Assembly: GCF_022539665.2 (NCBI RefSeq)
Contig: NC_081333.1
Location: 12,710,001-12,774,000, forward strand
Length of the DNA: 64,000 nucleotides
Reading direction: 5' to 3'
From: Daphnia carinata
Taxonomy: Eukaryota
Shown here: in pieces, positions 60,941 to 64,000 of the stretch
Numbering within the stretch: position 1 is the stretch's first letter
How the letters are laid out: every line of letters begins with the position of its first letter
Notes under the pieces: generated by a model
What the model was told of the DNA's origin: nothing
The model's input: the letters and a program-made list of their open reading frames with translations, nothing else
The model's database searches: none
Position numbers and translations under genes: made by a program

Positions 60941-61317
60941 TATTTTTATCTATTTAAGAAATCGAGCAACGTATTGGAAAAACTGCACCTGGAGTATGGC
61001 CGATTGCCCTTGTCTGAGCTGTGACTGGGAAAATTCTGTTTTTTTTCTTCTACTGCTTTGTTTCTTGGCAAAAAACAGTCTCGAGAGAAAACCCCATTTC
61101 ATTTGAGGGTTAGATCTGATTAGATTTAACCCTGAAATGACCTTCTGTTTTACATCCTCCATATTCCTTTGTAATTATCTAGTAGATAATGATTTTCCCA
61201 ATATAGCCACGGTTGAGAAAGAAAGGTGGAATACTGTAAATTCTATTGACAATTTATTGAATCGTGAGAACGCACAAAAGGAAAATAAACAATCTTCTCA
61301 CAGCCGGTGTCACTTAT

Positions 61318-62455
61318 TTAAGACTGCTGACCCAACTGAAGCAAACGCAGCGCTTTTTGCAAGTTGTCTATAGCAGTAGGTACATCTTCATAAGTCAAAG
61401 CACTCGAAGCGTATTTGCAATGTTTTTGCGCTTGGGCTATTTGTTCCGGAGTGACTAGAAGACTGCTGGTCTCTTGCACGTATGTGGGAACGGAGGAAGG
61501 TGGAGTGTCTGGTTTAGGTGGGACACTTATGGTCGGTCGAACGCCATCTTGTACATGAAAATGGCCTGGTTCCTAAAGAAAAAGTTAAATTTTCATGAAA
61601 ATTTATTGCGTTTTGTTTGATAATCGTAATTTCATTACCGGCCTGAGGTCCGAAGAAAAACCATATTCTAGATTTTCTGAGTCATTGATAAGCTGTTCAT
61701 CTGGTTTGGGTGCTGGTTCTGAAGGCTTCTCACCAGAATTCAAGCAATTGTGAAGATGTGCTGCACGCCATTTAGCATATCTATAATTAAGATGTTAAAT
61801 GGCAATGCACAAAAAAAAAAAATAAGTGTTGGAAATCACTTTTTTTGTTGGGCCACATCTTCATTGAGTTCACCAAAAACAGAGCACACATCAAGCAGCA
61901 TTCCAGCAGAGTAGAATGCTTTGACCACATTCCTAAAACATTATAAAACAGGTGTGTTATTGTGACTATGTAATAAATATCATATAATACTCATAACTTG
62001 TTATAATGCTTATGACGGTCTTCAGTATCTGCCCAATTAAAAAGCTTTATTGCCACATTCTCCAAGTGAGCTTGTGCAACAATTTCATCAGAGACTGTCT
62101 GGAAGTGGAAAATTTTTATGTTGCTAGTTGTATGTAAGACACAATTAACTTACCTCATTTGATTTCATATTTTGTTTGGCTTTTTCCAACCAATCCATCA
62201 AAGCAAGTAAAAATGAAAGGTCTTCTTTTTCTTTTTTAATAGAAAGTCCTGTTTGTAGGGCATGCAATCGGCCTGGAGTAAACAAAATCGAAAAAGCAAT
62301 TAGCCAACCTGGAACAAGAGTTCGACCACTGACAGTAAATCATTACACCAATAACTAATGGAAGGGTCTCTGGTTTCGTAATCCATTGCAATCTTAAGGT
62401 AATGTTGAATGCTTTTAAGATTCGATGGCAAGGGTGGTAAAGTCGGAGAGGCCAT
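61318..62455 (-). CDS. VTA1: VTA1 (Vps4 co-factor, ESCRT); exons 62455-62347, 62272-62154, 62098-61998, 61932-61840, 61780-61639, 61572-61318
   Basis: LPPLPSNLKSIQHYLKIA...RDPSISYWCRLHALQTG, KYAKWRAAHLHNCL and the C-terminal VSL motif AQKHCKYASSALTYEDVPTAIDNLQKALRLL. Phases are consistent. Confidence 0.93.
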
Positions 62456-62689
62456 GGTGAGTAGACCGCACGATTTGTGTTTGGACGTAAACGTATTTAA
62501 TCACATCTATGTCCATATGTGGGATGTCAACATTAATCAACTGCGTTGCCACAAAATTTTTTATTAGAATAAATAATTTTGAACTTGATCTACTCACTTT
62601 GCGATTGATTTTAATTTCTTAAACCAAAATCGGGATTTACGTTGGATTGTTCTAGAATATATTTCAATGATAATAAGAAATCAATTGTT

Positions 62690-62703
62690 GTAGTCATGGT
62701 TAC
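62690..62703. promoter_or_regulatory. Candidate X-box (RFX site) upstream of TMEM107
   Basis: GTAGTCATGGTTAC is a near match to the X-box GTHNYY-AT-RRNAAC and lies 52 bp before the ATG of a ciliary gene. Confidence 0.45.
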
Positions 62704-62755
62704 AGCTTGCAGTGCGGGAAAACAAATGCCTTCATAATTGCATAGCTCACTGTGC

Positions 62756-63401
62756 ATGATGGTTTTAAAAGGTGTTTTTGCAGTTCTCGTTCCAACAAGA
62801 TTTCTTACCTTGTTAGCTCATTTTTTTATTCTTGTATGCCTTCTTTGGGATAAAGTAAGCAGTCATCTACTAGTCAATTTTATCAACGGAAGTTATCTTT
62901 TTTATCAACTAATTTACACAGGAAGACAACTTGCGTTTGTGTTTGCTCAAGTACAACTCGGAGTACGCCAATTACTTCAACAATGAGTAAAATGGAAAAA
63001 TTTTTACGCCACAATTTCTTTTCTAAGACATACATCAGTTTGTTCTATGCAGATACGTCATCAGCTTGGCGTTAAGTTTAGGCTCAGTCACAGTCGAATT
63101 TTTCGGATTCCTGTCCGGCATATCGATGTTCTCCGAGCTGCATTGTCTGCTATGTACGTTGTTATAATTCTTACACTTTGAAATACTTTTATTACCTAAT
63201 TTCCTTTGTTTATTACATCTTTATTTAGCGAGTGCATGTCATACTGTTGCTGCGTTCACTTGGTCAATATCTTATATTGAGCAATGGGATTGCTCTATCC
63301 CCTACAGCTGGTACATTTTTGTTGTGTGTGTCGGAATTCCATTGTTGTCCGAACTGACCTTGCTCATGGGTTTCATACGACGTGTTAGTAGTTCGCGTTG
63401 A
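62756..63401 (+). CDS. TMEM107: TMEM107 ciliary transition-zone membrane protein; exons 62756-62854, 62922-62986, 63053-63153, 63229-63401
   Basis: LVPTRFLTLLAH, VEFFGFLSGISMF, EQWDC and WYIFVVC match TMEM107. Three GT-AG introns with consistent phases (0, 2, 1). Confidence 0.9.
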
Positions 63402-63742
63402 TTGTCATTTTAAAATTAAGCAAACCATTCAGAGGTACGTATGAAAGCAGTACACGAATTAACCATCTTCAAGTCCCTGCAGCTCAATATCGAGAAATCT
63501 TTCATTGCTGGCATCGGCTCTACTACGATTCGGTTCGACAGTGGTCTACTACGTTTTTTCTGCCCTTTTTGACAATCCAGAATTGTTTCTATCCTTTAAG
63601 GGAATTTAAAACAATCAAATTTTGAACAGACGAGATTTGATTTTGTTTAGTTTTAGAAATGTACGAAAGGTAGGAACATACAGCAAAAATAACGAAAAAA
63701 GGAGAAGAATTCCAGTACGTTTGGGACGGTCTTCAAATGTTG

Positions 63743-63891
63743 TCACATGAACATGTCGTGTGATCCGGGAGGAGGGAGATGATCGAAATCAGGATCCCCA
63801 AATCCACCACCTCTTGGTCTAGGTTCCCTCACAGGAGGAGTAGTGCCAATTGGTCCAAACGGATCGAAGCGTGCGCCAGGCGGTACAGCAC
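63743..63891 (-). CDS. PSMF1: Last exon of proteasome inhibitor PI31; rest lies outside the window
   Basis: Translates as GAVPPGARFDPFGPIGTTPP...DPDFDHLPPPGSHDMFM*, the conserved PI31 C-terminus. Acceptor AG at 63893-63892. Confidence 0.9.
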
Positions 63892-64000
63892 CTAATGTAA
63901 AGAACGGTAAATTTTTAAAGCTCGATTAATTTTACTCTTGTTTCTAGAATAACACGGAAATTGCTATCCACATTTTCATCCTTAGTTTTCTCAAAAACTA

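Noticed and set aside
63398..63625. ORF containing KPF just after the TMEM107 stop (human TMEM107 ends KKPF)
   Set aside because: Joining would need a ~37-nt intron and the phase does not give KPF; treated as coincidence.

Overview
Eukaryotic, intron-containing animal DNA. The 55-80 nt introns, gene set and poly(A/T)-rich intergenic DNA suggest a small-genome arthropod, plausibly Daphnia (inference). The window has two regimes. (1) About 0.3-52 kb is a gene-poor block holding three co-oriented NK-class homeobox genes: NK1/slouch, Hmx/NK5 and Hhex, each with an EH1 motif. The last exon of a hexosaminidase D-like gene precedes it. (2) About 54-64 kb is a dense housekeeping block: RTRAF/C14orf166, an acetyl-CoA hydrolase/CoA-transferase, an MFSD8-like transporter, VTA1, TMEM107 and the last exon of PSMF1/PI31. 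At the junction lies a ~1.45 kb non-coding foldback element (52122-53593). Its two ~0.6 kb inverted arms are each built around a further palindrome with a perfect 32-bp core and carry CTCF-like motifs near their outer ends. Exon boundaries were derived by hand from GT/AG sites and reading-frame phase. Family assignments rest on remembered motifs, not on database searches.
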